A stretch of DNA of 64,000 bases from positions 123,234 through 187,233 of the forward strand of contig NIVC01002282.1 of the NCBI GenBank assembly GCA_002269645.1, written 5' to 3'. Origin of the DNA: Macrostomum lignano. Taxonomy: Eukaryota. Within the stretch, counting starts at the first letter, position 1. Each line of letters starts with the position of its first letter. Shown piece after piece: positions 48,832 through 62,185 of this stretch. The translations under genes were made by a program, and so were the position numbers. Below the pieces are notes generated by a model, which had not been told where the DNA came from, did no database searches, and saw only the letters and a list, made by a program, of their open reading frames with translations.

Positions 48832-49850
48832 CGTTCAATATAGCACGCAGATTGACAGACTCCTGAGCAAATCACCTTACACTCCTTAAAACTCCTCACT
48901 CCTATCCTTAAAACAACTCCTTGCTCCTAACTCTTGATTCTTGAACTCTATAGCACAAAAAATCGATTCACTCCTTGCTAGGAGCCCTCCTGACTCCTAA
49001 CTTCTCACTCTTTGCTCTTAACAGTAGAAAGACAACGCTATTTTCCCCATGGGGAAAGACCATGGGGGTGTAGTACAAATACACACAACCAATTTCACCA
49101 TAGCTCGCAAACCGAATAACCGATTTTCGTAAAAGTCCACCAGTTAGATCAAAATCGCCCCCCTTTTAACGAATTAACTTTCAACGTCATCCGACGTCAG
49201 CATCATCGAGATATTCAACGATTCTTGTCGAAGACACTGGTGGCAAGGACAACCAACACTACACTGTATAAACCTTTATGGTGAATCCATATTGGCTCAA
49301 TAATCTGGCTCCATCTGTCGGAGAGGCCTTTCTTCTCAGCATCCCAGGAACCAGGGTCCCCTTCATCACCGTCTGGAGCATCGGCGGCGACCGTCTGGAC
49401 ATTCAACAAAAGCACCCGATCGGCATCGCAGAGACGGCTGCGTCCCCAAAACTGAAATGGAAGAATCCTCTTCTGCATGCAGCATTCAGTCAGTAGACAT
49501 AATCGGTGAATGAAATGAACGACGGCGACCCTCTAGGTTGACCTGTAGACATACAAGCAACCTTCGGGACCTTCAACGGAGTGCCAGCATGCGGCCCGAC
49601 TAGCTGGCACCCTCAACATCGTGATTTTTTCTGTCAAGGCACCAAACCAGGCATATCTGCATATTATACAATGCTTTTGCATGGATAGTTACATATATGG
49701 AGAGTTACATATTTAACTGGCGACTGAAAAAAAAATATATTTAATTTGTCAAAAATGATATTGCAGCATGTCAAAAATGATATTACAGCATGTCAAAAAT
49801 GATACGCCTGGGTAGAGGCAACTTTGCAACGGTGAAGTTATCTACTTAAA

Positions 49851-50390
49851 TCAATTATAGCAAATCACCGAGTCATGTTCTTCGAAGCTTCGAATGACCA
49901 GGCGAATGAACTGTTCAGCCGTGATGTTCTCGTGGACCGCAGGTGGGGCTGAATCCACAACCTCTCCACCGGTAACACTTTGCAAGTAGCGCTTGATTTC
50001 TTCTGGGTAGTTAAACTGGATGACGATGAAATGTTCCTGCTTACCAAATCGCTTTAGATATCGGGCCCAGATTGTGTACGCATCATGTCTGCCAGCCTTG
50101 CTCTTGCAATTTCTGTAGCGCTCGCACCAGGAAATGAAGCCCTTGGCGTCGTTGTCTGTGGCTCTATTTTCTGTGAGATATCTGTGCAACAGTTGCGCCT
50201 CAGTGACTGCCATTGAGTAAAGACGCAATCGGTTTGTGAATGGGATTTTAGCAAGATTCCGGAAAGACTGAAGAACTGAAGATGTGCTGGTTTTTGTAAA
50301 AGTGTAATCTCTCGCCTCGTTGTGTTCCCCTTTATTCTAGGCGGTTATTCTTTCTTGATTCCCGAGCCTGAGGGCTTCGCGATGGCTGCT
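49851..50390 (-). pseudogene. Unknown passenger ORF of the piggyBac (about 180 codons, one stop)
   Basis: One frame from a possible acceptor near 50390: NFQSSHREALRLGNQERITA*NKGEH...GRHDAYTIWARYLKRFGKQEHFIVIQFNYPEEIKRYLQSVTGG...; protein-like composition, no family recognised. Confidence 0.5.
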
Positions 50391-50435
50391 CTGAAAGTTC
50401 TGTAATTACTTATATATAGTGCCTACAAAGGTATG

Positions 50436-53400
50436 TGATATGTATTCGCAAGACGGCTCGTTCCGTCTAATCGTATATTTGTGTTAACAAAAAGGAGCGG
50501 GAATAATTCGTTATCGTAGGAGCCCTTGTCTCGCTCCGCTCGTTCATTAGTTAGTTCCATTTTCCCTAGTGCGCCCAGCTCTTTAGTAACTTTCTTTGTC
50601 TTCGACAATTATGACCATAGATAGTTCAATCACATGCGTAAAAAGTTCACAGTTAAAATCCATATCAACTTCCCCCCTCCTTAAATAGTGCACTCTCCAC
50701 TTGATTGTTCATACTTCCTTAATCAGTCGCTTAGGTGGCATTCCTTTGTTTTGTCTTTTAGACCGACAGACATGCTGTTGATGTTGGCGCGCTCCACTTG
50801 ACTGTATCTCGACTGGATCTATCGCTTGTTGTCTGAATGGTACCAAGTTGTGCGCAGTCCAAACCTTTCCATTGTCCAATCGGTATTTGAAGTTGCCAAC
50901 CACTTTGATTACTTTGAATGGAGAGGTGAAAGGGGACCTGCCCTTTGGCACATGAGGCAAACGAACACGTACCAGATCACCGACCTTGAAGTGTCGCTTG
51001 AATACTTGGTGCGATTCCTGTTTTAATGTGGTCACTAGCTCGTTCTGTGTTTCATTGGCCTTGGTTGTTCTGCGAGGTTGGAAATTTTCTCTTTTGTCGC
51101 GGCCAAGTAGCAGTTTTGCGGGTGTCTCCGTTCTCATTCGGCGTTGTTTGGTAGCTGAATATAGTCTGTTGTATGCCGTCTTCGAAACTCTTCCGCTCAA
51201 CCTCGAAGGTTTGTGCCGCATGCTTCAGCGTTCGATTGAAGACTTCCACCTTGCCGTTTTGTCTTGGCTCATACAGGGGGACACATTCGTGACGGATATC
51301 TCGTGAAGCGAGAAAGTCCTCCATTTCTCTGGAGACAAAGTTGTTTCCGTTGTCAGATACCAGGGTATCAGGATTGCTGAAGCAATTAAAAACCTCTGTC
51401 AGCCAGTGGATTAGTCTTGGTGATCTCGTGTCTCCAGTGAGAAGGATCTCGGGATATGACGAATAGTAATTGATGAGCGCGACAATGAATCGTTGATTTT
51501 GTAGAGCGATTGCAAACGGCCCGGTGATGTCAATCGCGAGCTTTGACCAGAGTCGGTCAGGCTTTTCAACCGATCCACCGTTTGGCACGATAATTTTGTG
51601 CGACTTAGCACTGTACTGGCATGGTAGACAGAACTTGACATAGTTCGTTATGGCGCTATCCATACCTGGCCACCAGTATGCCGATCGCAGAAGTCTTTTC
51701 ATTCGTACGTTCCCGGGTGTCCTTCATGGGCACGCTTCAGGATTGTCTTGACTAGGCTGCTGGGCGGCACGATTTGTTCACCACGGATCAGGATTCCGTT
51801 TTCTATCGTCAGTTCGTCTTGAATCTGTGCAAAGGCCTTGAGCTCTGTCTTCTTTTTATCAATTATTCGGGAGCTTTTGACAGCCTTAATAACCTCCTGT
51901 AGTATGGTATCTGTGCTCGTTAGCTTCTGCAGGTTTCTTGCAGAAGGGGTGTCAATATCGTTTGCAAGCAGAATGCTGCGGATAGTAGCATCGTCTTCGT
52001 TATCCGCACTGTCCAGTCCATCGACGACTGGTAGTCTGGATAGGGCGTCAGCCACGTAGTTGGTGCTTCCGGGCTTGTAGACATGTCGTAGTCGAATTCG
52101 GACAGCCGAACCAACCAACGTGTGAATTTTGCTGACTTCGTCTTGTTACTATGGTGTCGTAGGAGGCTCGTTAGTGCAGAAAGATCTGTTTGTAAAGTGA
52201 AATGTCGTCCCAGCAAATATTTTGCAAAGTGTTCACATGCCCAGACGCAGGCAAGTGCTTCGCGCTCGTTCACAGCGTAGTTTTGTTCCCGCTCGGAAAG
52301 TGCATGGGATGCAAATGCTAGTGGAACCTCTGTTTCGGCTTGCGTTTGTGAAAAAACAGCACCGATGCCGACATCTGAAGCGTCGGTTGTCAAGATCGTG
52401 GGCAGGTTAGGATCGAAAATGGCCAGTTCCAGTCGTTCCTGAAGTATTCGCTTTACGCGGTCAAAGGCCGATTGTTGCTCGCTTCCCAGATAAACTTTTG
52501 GTTCTGTCGTGTTAGGCGTCTCAGCGGCTCAGTGATCGTCGCTATGTCTCTCACGAAGTTTGAGTGATAGTTAATCATGCCTAAGAAAGACCGTAGCTCT
52601 GTCTGGTTTTTTGGTGCCGGTGTGTTCTTGTTCGCCGAGAGCTTATCGGGGTCTGACTCGATTCGTCCTTTCTCATTTATAATGTAGCCCAAAAACGGTA
52701 CGCCCTCGCGGCGAAACATAGACTTCGTGGTGTTGATGCAAAAGTCCTTTCGTGAATTAGTTTGAGGTCTTTGCGGAGCTCATCGTCGTGCTTCTTGATC
52801 GTTTGTCCAAACACCAGGATATCGTTGATGTATGCTATTGTTTGTTCGCAGTTGCCGAGTGTGCTGCTTACACATCGTTGAAAAACAGACGCAGAGTCCA
52901 CCAGACCCATCGGTAGTCGATTGTAGGCATACAGTCCAATTGGTGTCGTTGTTGTTGTCAATAGTTTGCTCTCTTCGTCGAGTTTGATGTGAAAGTACGC
53001 TCGCTTTAGGTCGATCTTTGATTTGTAACGAGCCCCATTCAACTTCAGGAAGAGTTCGCTGATGTTCGGTATAGGGTGTCGGTCTGGGATTACGAATTTG
53101 TTCAGATACGAAAAGTCCGTTGTTATCCGGATGCCACCGTCTGCTTTCCACACAGTGACGAGTGCATTGGCCCATGAACTTTTCTCAACAGGACTCCAGA
53201 TCCTCATTTCCTCCATCTTCTTGATCTCACTGATTGCAGCCTCACGACGAGCCAGCGGAATGGTCGCGTGGGAATATACTTTGGGGTAGCGTCCTTTTGA
53301 AGAGTTATGTTATGCGTGTAGTCTGGATAGGTACCCAGTGATTCCTCTGATAGTTGAGGGAACTCGTCTATAATGTCACAACTTTGTCCGGCATTGGTTG

Positions 53401-54905
53401 AAATTTGCATCGAAGCTCCGTCGAACTTCAGTCCCAGAACTTTTATCAGGTCCATTCTGACGATAGACTCTAGACTGTTCTTCGTGACAAATAGTCTGGC
53501 GTTGGTTGTTCGATTTAAAATGCCTATCTCTGCCGTGATGTGGCCAATTATGTCCGATATCGCACTGTTATCGTAGTTTCGTAGTGTCAGTGTAGCTGGG
53601 TGGATGTCCTTATCTGGCCAGATGCGCTTCAAGTCTGCATGTCGAAGAGTCGAAACTTCAGCAGCCGTGTCCAGCAATGCCGCGTAAGTTCCGTTCCTGC
53701 CGACAGCTGTAACCTCAACCGATGGTGTTTCACTCTGGCCAACTGATCGAACGTGCCTTTTGATTGCGCGTACTTTCTTTACGGTGTTGGCCCTTCGTTG
53801 TGATATTATGCAATGGGAGGCAAAATGGTTTGGGTTGCCGCATCCTTTGCACAGCTTTCCGAGGGCCGGACATTTAGCATCTTTGTAGGCATGTGAATTT
53901 GAACCGCAGCCCATACATTGCTGTTTCTTGTTCCCCTTGTTCTGGTTGCTGCAGGGATCGCCGAGGCCGTGCTTTTGCGCTGGTCGGACTTCGCAGATGT
54001 GCGCTTGTGTACTTGTTGAATTGGCGCCATTGCATTGCTCCTGATGATTTCGCCAGTAAGTGACGCAGAATCATCAGCTCGCATGGTGGTCAGAAAAGAC
54101 TGCAGGTCAATAGTGTGTTGGGTCAACAGTTTCTCCTGTGTGCTTTTAGACGCACATCCAATCACCAGTTGCATTGCAAGCTGCCTATCTTCTCCAGCGC
54201 CGTACTCACAGTCCGTAATTAGTGTTCGCAGGGCTGTGAAATAGTCACTGATGGACTCACCGTGCTCCTGCTTTCGCTTGCGGAATTCGTACTCTGCATG
54301 GACTGGGTTTTGGCTTTTGCTGAATATTAACTTCAGCTTGCCCATATATTCTTCCAGGCTGCTAGCCTTATCGTCCTGGAGGTTGTGCGCGTACAGGATA
54401 CGTCTTCCTTCTGAGCCCAGGGACGTGCGCAGGAATGCCTTTTTGAAGTCATCTGTTAGTAGTGCCCCAGTCGTAGTCTCAGTGAGGAAAAAGAAGTCGG
54501 TGACTTCCTTCTGCCAGATAGTCCACTTGACTGGTGGTTCGCCTGGTAGCTCCAGAAATTTTGATGGTTGTGGTATCGACACACGAATATTCTGGGCATT
54601 AGTAGCTGCTGCCGCTGATGTCGGTTTCGAGGCGATGTTGGTGGGGCCATGGGTTGTTAGTCCTCGTCGTCAATTGATGTGTATTCGCAAGACGGCTCGT
54701 TCCGTCTAATCGTATATTTGTGTTAACAAAAAGGAGCGGAAATAATTCGTTATCGTAGGAGCCCTTGTCCCGCTCCGCTCGTTCGTTAGTTAATTCCATT
54801 TTCCCTAGTGCGCCCAGCTCTTTAGTAACTGTCTGGGTCTTCGAGAATGATGACCATAGATAGTTCAATCGCATGCGTAAAAGTTCACAGTTAAAATCCA
54901 TATCA
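50436..54905 (-). mobile_element. Gypsy (Mag clade) LTR retrotransposon C, defective
   Basis: LTRs at 50436-50667 and 54675-54905 (about 11 substitutions and 1 indel by hand); TSD GTATG (50431-35, 54906-10); PBS-like TTGACGACGAGG; PPT GGAGGGGGGAAGT; gag 54582-53806 and frameshifted pro/RT/RNaseH/integrase. Confidence 0.95.
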
Positions 54906-55386
54906 GTATGTACTGATTTCACCGTGGGACGCACACGCATGCTTTTATGGCGGGATTATTGTATGTTCCACCGCTGGTAACGACGAATAATCTATTGAAG
55001 CTTGGAAATTTCATCCCTCCTGCTGAGTTTACTGTATCTGGAGCGGGGGGGGCAACTGTTACTAGGGGGTTTAGCCACAGGCGGACGGTCACTGGAGGGG
55101 GTGGGGGGTTACTAAGAATATTAAACTCACGACTCTCAATCCTGATTTGCTAGATTACCCCTGCAGGTATACCATCACTTCGTCTTAACTTCCATTCTGA
55201 CGCACGTGTCCGCTGGACCCATTAATTTAAATAATTTAATCTTTCTGATACTATTCAGCTTAGCTTCGCCAAATCTCTCGCACCTGCCGGAAACTGTTGC
55301 TGCTTGGATAAATTTCTTATAAATTCTGTTTCTCGTCCAAACTCGCAACACATCCATCCGGTAGAATCAAATTCTCCTGCTTTTGA

Positions 55387-57143
55387 ATGGCAGAGGCTCT
55401 TGCTGACAGCGATTTGGATGAAGAGTTTTCTCCGGATAAGAGTGGTCCAGATGAAAAAAAAATCTGTTCGACATTTCTCATGACCCAATCAACTGGTCCC
55501 AAGTCCCCCCACATCCAAGACGATGGGCTAGTGACTGTGTTCCTCGGTTGACAGACGAACTGAATCCACGCATTAATTGGAAGGAGTGCGCTGAAACGGA
55601 GAGCGGCACACTGATGGGCTTCTTCGATGACCCCATGCTGGATTTGATCACAGCTGCAACGAATGAGAACATCAGCTCAACAAGTGGAGACTCAGCTGAG
55701 CTAGCAAGCAGAATGGAGATTGAGGGGCTAATCGGTGCTCTACTGTACAGCGGAGCCAACGATCTGCGCAATGTCGCCCTGATAGACTTGTGGAGCACTG
55801 ATGTGAATTCTGGCTATCATCCACTGCTGCAGTGTGCGTTCAGCCGAAATCGATTTCAACTACTTTGGCGCAACCTGTGCTTCGAAACTGCCGAACATCG
55901 TCAGCGGACTGCCGCAACAGACAAGCTCTACGGCATCCGACGCTTGTGGGACACCTTTGTCAGTCAGCTTCGCCATCCTGTCCTTCCCGGGCCGTACCTC
56001 TGCGTCGACAAAACTCTGATTGTCTACTGGGGTATGGACTGTGACTTCACGGTCTTTCTGAGGGAGAAGCCCGGTCGCAATGGTGCCAAGCTGTTCCTGC
56101 TGACATCGGCTGGGAATCCAGAGATTCAGGATGACATGGACATCCGCTATGTGTTCAATGCGGAAATCTGCACTGGCAAAGTAACACTGCTGTCCACTAC
56201 TTTTGCATCACAGGAATCCGATGCTCGGCTAGCCAAGGGCTCAGAGGTGTGGAGTGGTGAGCAAGTTGTTTGCCGCTTGGCTGATACATTCAGAGGACAC
56301 TGGTACCGCATCACATGTGACAGATTCTTCTCGAGTCCTGCTCTGGCCAATCACTTGTACCGAGAAATGGGATTCACGTTTTTTGGAACAGTGATGCGCA
56401 CCCGTGGTGGCCTGCCAGCCGATCTCAAGATTTCAGCTCAAACCATGGCTCCACACACGAGCGAATTCCGGTTTTCTGAGGAGCTCACGTGTGTGTCCTA
56501 CTGCCCCAAAGCGCGCCGAAACGTGATGTTGCTGTCCACCATGCATCACTACAGACAATTGCTTCCCAATGGCAAGCCTGTAGCAATAGACTCGTACTAC
56601 AATTCTACCAGGAGTGGCACGGACACCTGCAACAGGTTGTTCCGCACATCCGACTACAAGCGAAAGTCCGACACATGCGAGAAGGCAATCTTATCCGGCG
56701 GCACACTCAACATAGCAATTGTGAATGCCGCTGCTATCTGGAGACTGGCGCACCCGGAGCTCTGCGCCTCGCCGAACTATCGCAACGAGTTCCAGCGCAA
56801 GGCAGCTGCGCAACTTCTGCAACCTCTGATCGAGGAGCGCTCGCAATCGGCCGCTCTTCTTCAAAATCTGTCCAATCATCACAGGCTGATGTTCCAGCTC
56901 GCAGGTTGTCGAATCAACGACGAGCAAATGAAGGAACAGGCACGCGAAGCGGCGGCTGTGGTGTCAGTTGGTGGCAGAAAGTGCTGTGCAACATGTGTGA
57001 GACAAAAGTCAAAGGATGAGAAGCGTGCCTTGAGTGCGACAACAAGGAAGTGTTGCATGTGTGACGAAGGAATTTGCCGAAGACACACTGCAATGGAAGA
57101 GACAGTGAGTCACCATTACTGCCCACGTTGTGCACCAAATTAA
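55387..57143 (+). CDS. piggyBac transposase; one frameshift in an A9 run at 55454-55462
   Basis: Acidic N-terminus MAEALADSDLDEEF from ATG 55387; one extra A would join it to the 531-aa frame (about 585 aa total). Candidate catalytic Asp residues lie in LCVDKT, TCDRFF and SGTDTC; the C-terminal Cys-rich domain is intact. Confidence 0.8.
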
Positions 57144-57210
57144 ATAGTGACAATTGACTCAGCCTTTGTGTCTATGTGTCAGTGTTCAGATCCTTCTGCT
57201 TTGAATTTGC

Positions 57211-57383
57211 TGTAATATCATTTTTGACATGCCGTAATATCATTTTTGGCATGCTGTAATATCATTTTTGACATGCTGTAGTATCCTTTTTGATATGCTG
57301 TAATATCATTTTTGACATGCTGTAATAGCATTTTTGACATGCTGTAATATCATTTTTGACATGCTGTAATATAATTTTTGACA
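57211..57383. repeat. 22-bp tandem repeat TGTAATATCATTTTTGACATGC at the inner edge of the right piggyBac arm
   Basis: About 8 copies; about 2.5 reverse-complement copies lie at 49745-49805. Confidence 0.92.
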
Positions 57384-59692
57384 AATTAAATATATTTTAT
57401 ATTTTTCAGTCGTAACTCTCCAATTTAACACGGTGCAAAAGCATTGTATAACATGCAGACATGCCTGGTTTGGTGCCTTGACAGAAAAATCACGATGTTG
57501 GGGGTGCCAGCTAGTCGGGGCCGCCTGGTGGCACTCCGTTGAAGGTCCCGAAGGTCGCTTGTATGTCTACAGGTCAACCTAGAGGGTCGCCATCGTCCAT
57601 TTCATTCACCGATTATGTCTGCTAACTGAATGCTGCATGCAGAAGAGGATTCTTCCATTTCAGTTTTGGGGACGCAGCCGTCTCTGCGATGCCGATCGGG
57701 TGCTTTTGTTGAAGGTCCAGACGGTCGCCGCCGATGCTCCAGACAGTGATGAAGGGGACCCTGGTTCCTGGGATGCTGAGAAGAAAGGCCTTTACGACTG
57801 ATATGCATAGTTTTCTGAGCCGACGTGGTTTCATGATGAGATTTTGTGAACAGAAAAAATTTGCCAATGTTGGTAGTTTTTGCCACCGGACACCCCGAGC
57901 AGAATCGTTGAATATCTCGACGATGCCGATTTTTCGTGATTCTCGGAGTTGCTTCATCGAATAGAGCGGAAAATTTTAGCATGTGTTCTGGATTTCGATG
58001 GCAATTGGTTGAATATTTTCGGAGATTCAGACAAAAGAAAAATATGTGTATTTGAAATACACCCCCATGGTCTTTCTACTGTTAAATCTATGGCACGGGC
58101 CCCAGCCCGTTTCACAACATGAGCATGAGATAAGTTTCGGCGCGTCAGAAAAAAACAGCTTAGCAAAACTCTCGAAGAACGATCACTGTATCACACCGCG
58201 CACTCGTGTCATTACAAACTGTGAATTCGGTGCTGGCACTAACAGGCGAATCACCATGTAGCTGGTTATCGGATCGCAAATTTGCAACAGCTGTCCCTGT
58301 GTGGTAGTCAACGGCATAGCAGCAGATTTTCAGCGTCAGATTTGTGCTCTTGGATAGATAGATAGATGAATAGATAGATATTAATAAATGCAATTCGACT
58401 TGAAGCGACGTACAACCAGTAGGAGTTAGATTTATTCTGAAGAGATGTCGGATATATTTGACGATAAATGAATGTAACTTTATTTAATGAGTATTTTGCA
58501 GACTGAACACGTAACGGCTCCGTAGCCTATTTATGCGACTTAGAAAAATACCAATCATAGTAACTTCAAACTGAGCTTGCAATACTAGCTACCTAATATT
58601 TTATGCAAATTAAAGTAATTATTAGACTCAAACGGATCAAGCCGATGTTACTTAATATTCAAGACATTAGAATACAACTAGGCGGTATCCCCACCCTCCG
58701 GGTGTCCGATCTACCCATCTCCCATCCAGTAGAATACCTTGCGGAGTACTGTATAGTTACAGTAAATTGGAAGCAAAAAGCCTTAACCAAAAGGCCCCTC
58801 TACAATTGAGTTTTGCTATGGTCCTTAACAGGTTCCGAATTTCTCGTTCAATTGTATTATACCTCTAATCTGTCTAATACAAGATGTTAACATACCATAC
58901 CGATCAATTAACTCAAAGTGGGTGTGGCGGCTCCCTCAGTCAATGGAAGACTATTCATCTATACACAGCCCTCAGACGCATTGTGAACTGCACAAAGAAA
59001 GCTACGACTGTGCCAATGGCTGTAACTCTGGCCGCTTGCTGCAGGCCAGGTGTAATGAGTAAAAAATAATATATAAGAAAGTTTGTATGAACGCTGATTT
59101 TATGATATGGCGTTTTTATTAGTACGGGAAAGAACGATGGAGGCGAAATGCTATTTATAGGATTTTTATAGCGTTTATTAATATATACGTTGATATGGCC
59201 GTCGTTGGATTTGTGAGTGGGGAAAGGGGCGATAGAATATAGATGAGCTATATTTATATTATGAGCTTTTTTATATTTTATATTATATTATATTATTATA
59301 TTATTTATATTATATTATTTTTATATTATTATATTATGAGCTATAGATGAGCTTCTAGTTTTTAGTGAAGTGATGATGATGACGGGTAGGTTACTGCAAA
59401 ATATTGTACTGATTACTTAAGTAATCAGTTCACTAAATGTATGTTGTATGTATTGTGTATATGTCCATATGTAGATAATGTATTTTAGTAATAGTATTTT
59501 AGTTCTCTGCTCTTTTATTTCATCTAAATTTTCAGCACCAGCACCAGCAGAAGCAGCAAAAAATTGAGCCTCTTCGAACAGACCATGCTAGGCAAATAGT
59601 TAAAGATGGAGAAACTCAATGGTCAGAGACCAAACCATAGACATAGTCCATTGCCTCCTCGCTGTGGCCGGATGCGCCGCGGATGACAAAGC

Positions 59693-60150
59693 CTAGTTTT
59701 TCTCGCCGCCGTCGGCCTGTTGGTCTTGGTCAGGTGAATCGTGGCGCCTCTTGGGTGTTTCAGAGATAGAGGCTTCTGACGACGCCCGCTTGGAAGCACG
59801 AGATGACTGCCGTCGTTCCACGTCTTCAATGGCTACATGGAGACTTGGACTTGTCAGAATCGCCAGTTGATCACGCTCGGTTGAAACGATCGCCAATTGT
59901 TCGAGGGCCTGGTCGCGCTCAGCAGTTACTAATATGATCTGCTGATCTTTCTCCATTAAGCTGCGGCGAAGCGTTGCAATCTCAGTCTGATTCTCCATCA
60001 GAATATCAAAGAAGTTTCAATTCTTTCGAGATTCTTGGGTGGAAATCTCGTTGAGGCAGCTTGCCGAGCGCTCAATCTGGTCAAGCTTGACTTTCATTTG
60101 TTGTTCAAGGCAGTGACGGTGTCTGGAAATTTTTCCAAGAGGTTCTCCGG
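59693..60150 (-). pseudogene. Coiled-coil passenger ORF of the Helitron
   Basis: LEQQMKVKLDQIERSASCLNEISTQESRKN*NFFDILMENQTEIATLRRSLMEKDQQIILVTAERDQALEQLAIVSTERDQL: heptad pattern with one stop. Confidence 0.45.
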
Positions 60151-60499
60151 TTTGGCAGTGGAAGAGCTGTGCTGTTTCGGTGTCGTCGGCTGCGACATTT
60201 TAATAATGCTTTGGCGGTTGAAGTCAATGAAACAAAATATGCACAACAATATAAAAGCTTTCAAACGCCAGGCAGCATGAATTGGTAGGTACGAGAATGG
60301 TGGTGGGTTGGCAAATGAATTGAATTGAGGAAAATAGATAGAGGTTCAGAATGCATGAGTATGATGTGCGCAATCGTAGTCATAAAAGTAAAGGCAATCT
60401 TCTAACACGCATCCGAAATTAGCCCATAGACTAAATACTAATTAAATATTAGGCAAGGTTATAAAACACAGCTATGTGCACAATTAATTATTGAGGCTG

Positions 60500-61290
60500 G
60501 CAGCAAAACTCTAACTTGAACTGTAACCAAAACCTCAGGATAAATAAAATTCGTAGTAACAGGCTCAGTCAGCCTCACACGGACATTCGCTGCGTCTTTC
60601 GCACGGGACAGCGCAGTGTACAGCTGGCCGTGTGTGAAGCAGCCCACCGTCAGATCGAATCCAACGGTTTCTAGCGTCTGATCCTGCGCCTTGTGAATCG
60701 TGAGGCAGAAGCTCGGCTTCACCGGGAACTGCAGCCGTTTAAACGTCACAGGCAGATCCGCGTTGTTTGGCACCAGTGGGATCCGAGGCAGAAGCACGAT
60801 GTCGCCGGAACTGACCGGCCGTTACTTTGCAGCAGAGCACGTTGTTGACCATGGCGACGACGATGAGGCGCGTCCCATTGCAGAGTCTCGGAGGGTTGAG
60901 ATTGCGCAGCAGAACGACAAGAATTCCGATCTTGAACTTCAGGATGTGCTTCGGCAGGTTGGGTGCGTTGAGTCCATTGAGCACCTCTGGTGGGAAGTGG
61001 CAAACTGCGTGCTCATCCGCGTCTGGAATACTGTCGATGGACTTGTACTCCTGGTAATCTGGAAACAGCTGCAGGCATTCCTCGTTGATCTTGTCTACCG
61101 TGTCATTGAAAGGCGCCAGGATGGCTCTCGATGCGAAGAAGCCATCTCGCTCCTCTGACTCCAAGAAGGAAGGTAAACGAAGCGAATCAGTTGCTCCGTG
61201 GTGCTGTCCGGCGGCAGAAGGATCTCAGGCGCAGTGCAACGTTTCCGTTGGAGTCCACGGGAGTGAACCCAGCCGACCTGCGTGTAAGCA
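60500..61290 (-). pseudogene. Helitron PIF1-like helicase C-terminal fragment
   Basis: RAILAPFNDTVDKIN, LLRNLNPPRLCNGTRL, RLQFPVKPSFCLTIHKAQ and FTHGQLYTALSR; frameshift near 60800. Confidence 0.92.
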
Positions 61291-61869
61291 TGAAGTAGAT
61301 TAGGATTTTATCAGATCAAAGACGTAAGTAACATAACAGGTTGGCATATGCAGTGACAAGCGCTTAATCCATTTTGACAGATGAGTAACAGAAACTATTT
61401 CTTTATGGAATCAGCTGTGCCAACGTGAGATATCATAAACTTTGAGACGAATAGTCAAGCGATCTATTAGGTGAGAAACTGTTCTTGAAATGCGTAAGCA
61501 AATTTTGTCACTGCCTTGCCTCTGAAATACAAACGTTTATATTCTGAAATTACTTTAGGCGAAACTAAGGTACACAAAGCTCCGTATCACATCATACCAA
61601 TTATTCGAATAAGAAAAAATAAAACATTGGCGCATCTACTGCAAATTTGCCGCCAGAATTGTATCTTTTTACCTATATGCAATCATTTAGCTCCTTTAGG
61701 TATCTAAGCTTACCTTCGTTAAAATTCTACGTGACTTAGAAGATATCATTTTTAAGGCGACACTTATTCCAAAATAGAGGAGGTAAAACGTAGAATAACG
61801 CGGATATTGGCCAACGCGCCGTACTTACGATACCAGCATTGCAGAATTTTCAGCCCGGTGTATTTCACG

Positions 61870-62185
61870 CTGCCTCTTGTCGCTTAGGCGGGCCTTCCGG
61901 TCGGTCGTGGACTCAGTAGCCCGGTGGTCAGCCTTCCTCTGCCTGTCGTCGCGTAGACGGGCCTCCCGACGGCCGCTGACTCAGTGGCCCGACGGTCAGC
62001 AATCCGCTGCCTTTTGTCACGAAGGCGGGCCTCCAGGACGGCCGCTGACTCTCCATCGCGATTCCTTTTCACTGCTTCGCGCAAATTACTCAGTCTCTCT
62101 CTCTCCTACATTCAGCACTTTCTTCTTGACGTCGTTTATTCTCATCCCGACTCTTCTTCATCTCACGCAATAGCCGTCGTACCAT
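61870..62185 (-). pseudogene. Helitron RepHel N-terminal Arg/Glu repeat region
   Basis: MVRRLLREMKKSRDENKRRQEESAECRRERL...ESAAVLEARLRDKRQRIADRRATESAAV, with a 2-nt slip in a GA run. Confidence 0.55.

Larger units (their letters stand above)
49022..58081 (+). mobile_element. piggyBac element with long inverted arms, a passenger ORF and a Gypsy insertion
   Basis: TTAA at 49018-21 and 58082-85; termini CAGTAGAAAGAC...CATGGGGGTGTA; patchy inverted homology between 49022-49805 and about 57325-58081. Confidence 0.9.

Noticed and set aside
49215-49496. ORFs within the piggyBac arms (also 57602-57982)
   Set aside because: Their duplication reflects the inverted repeat; the frames differ in start and length and have no recognisable domain.
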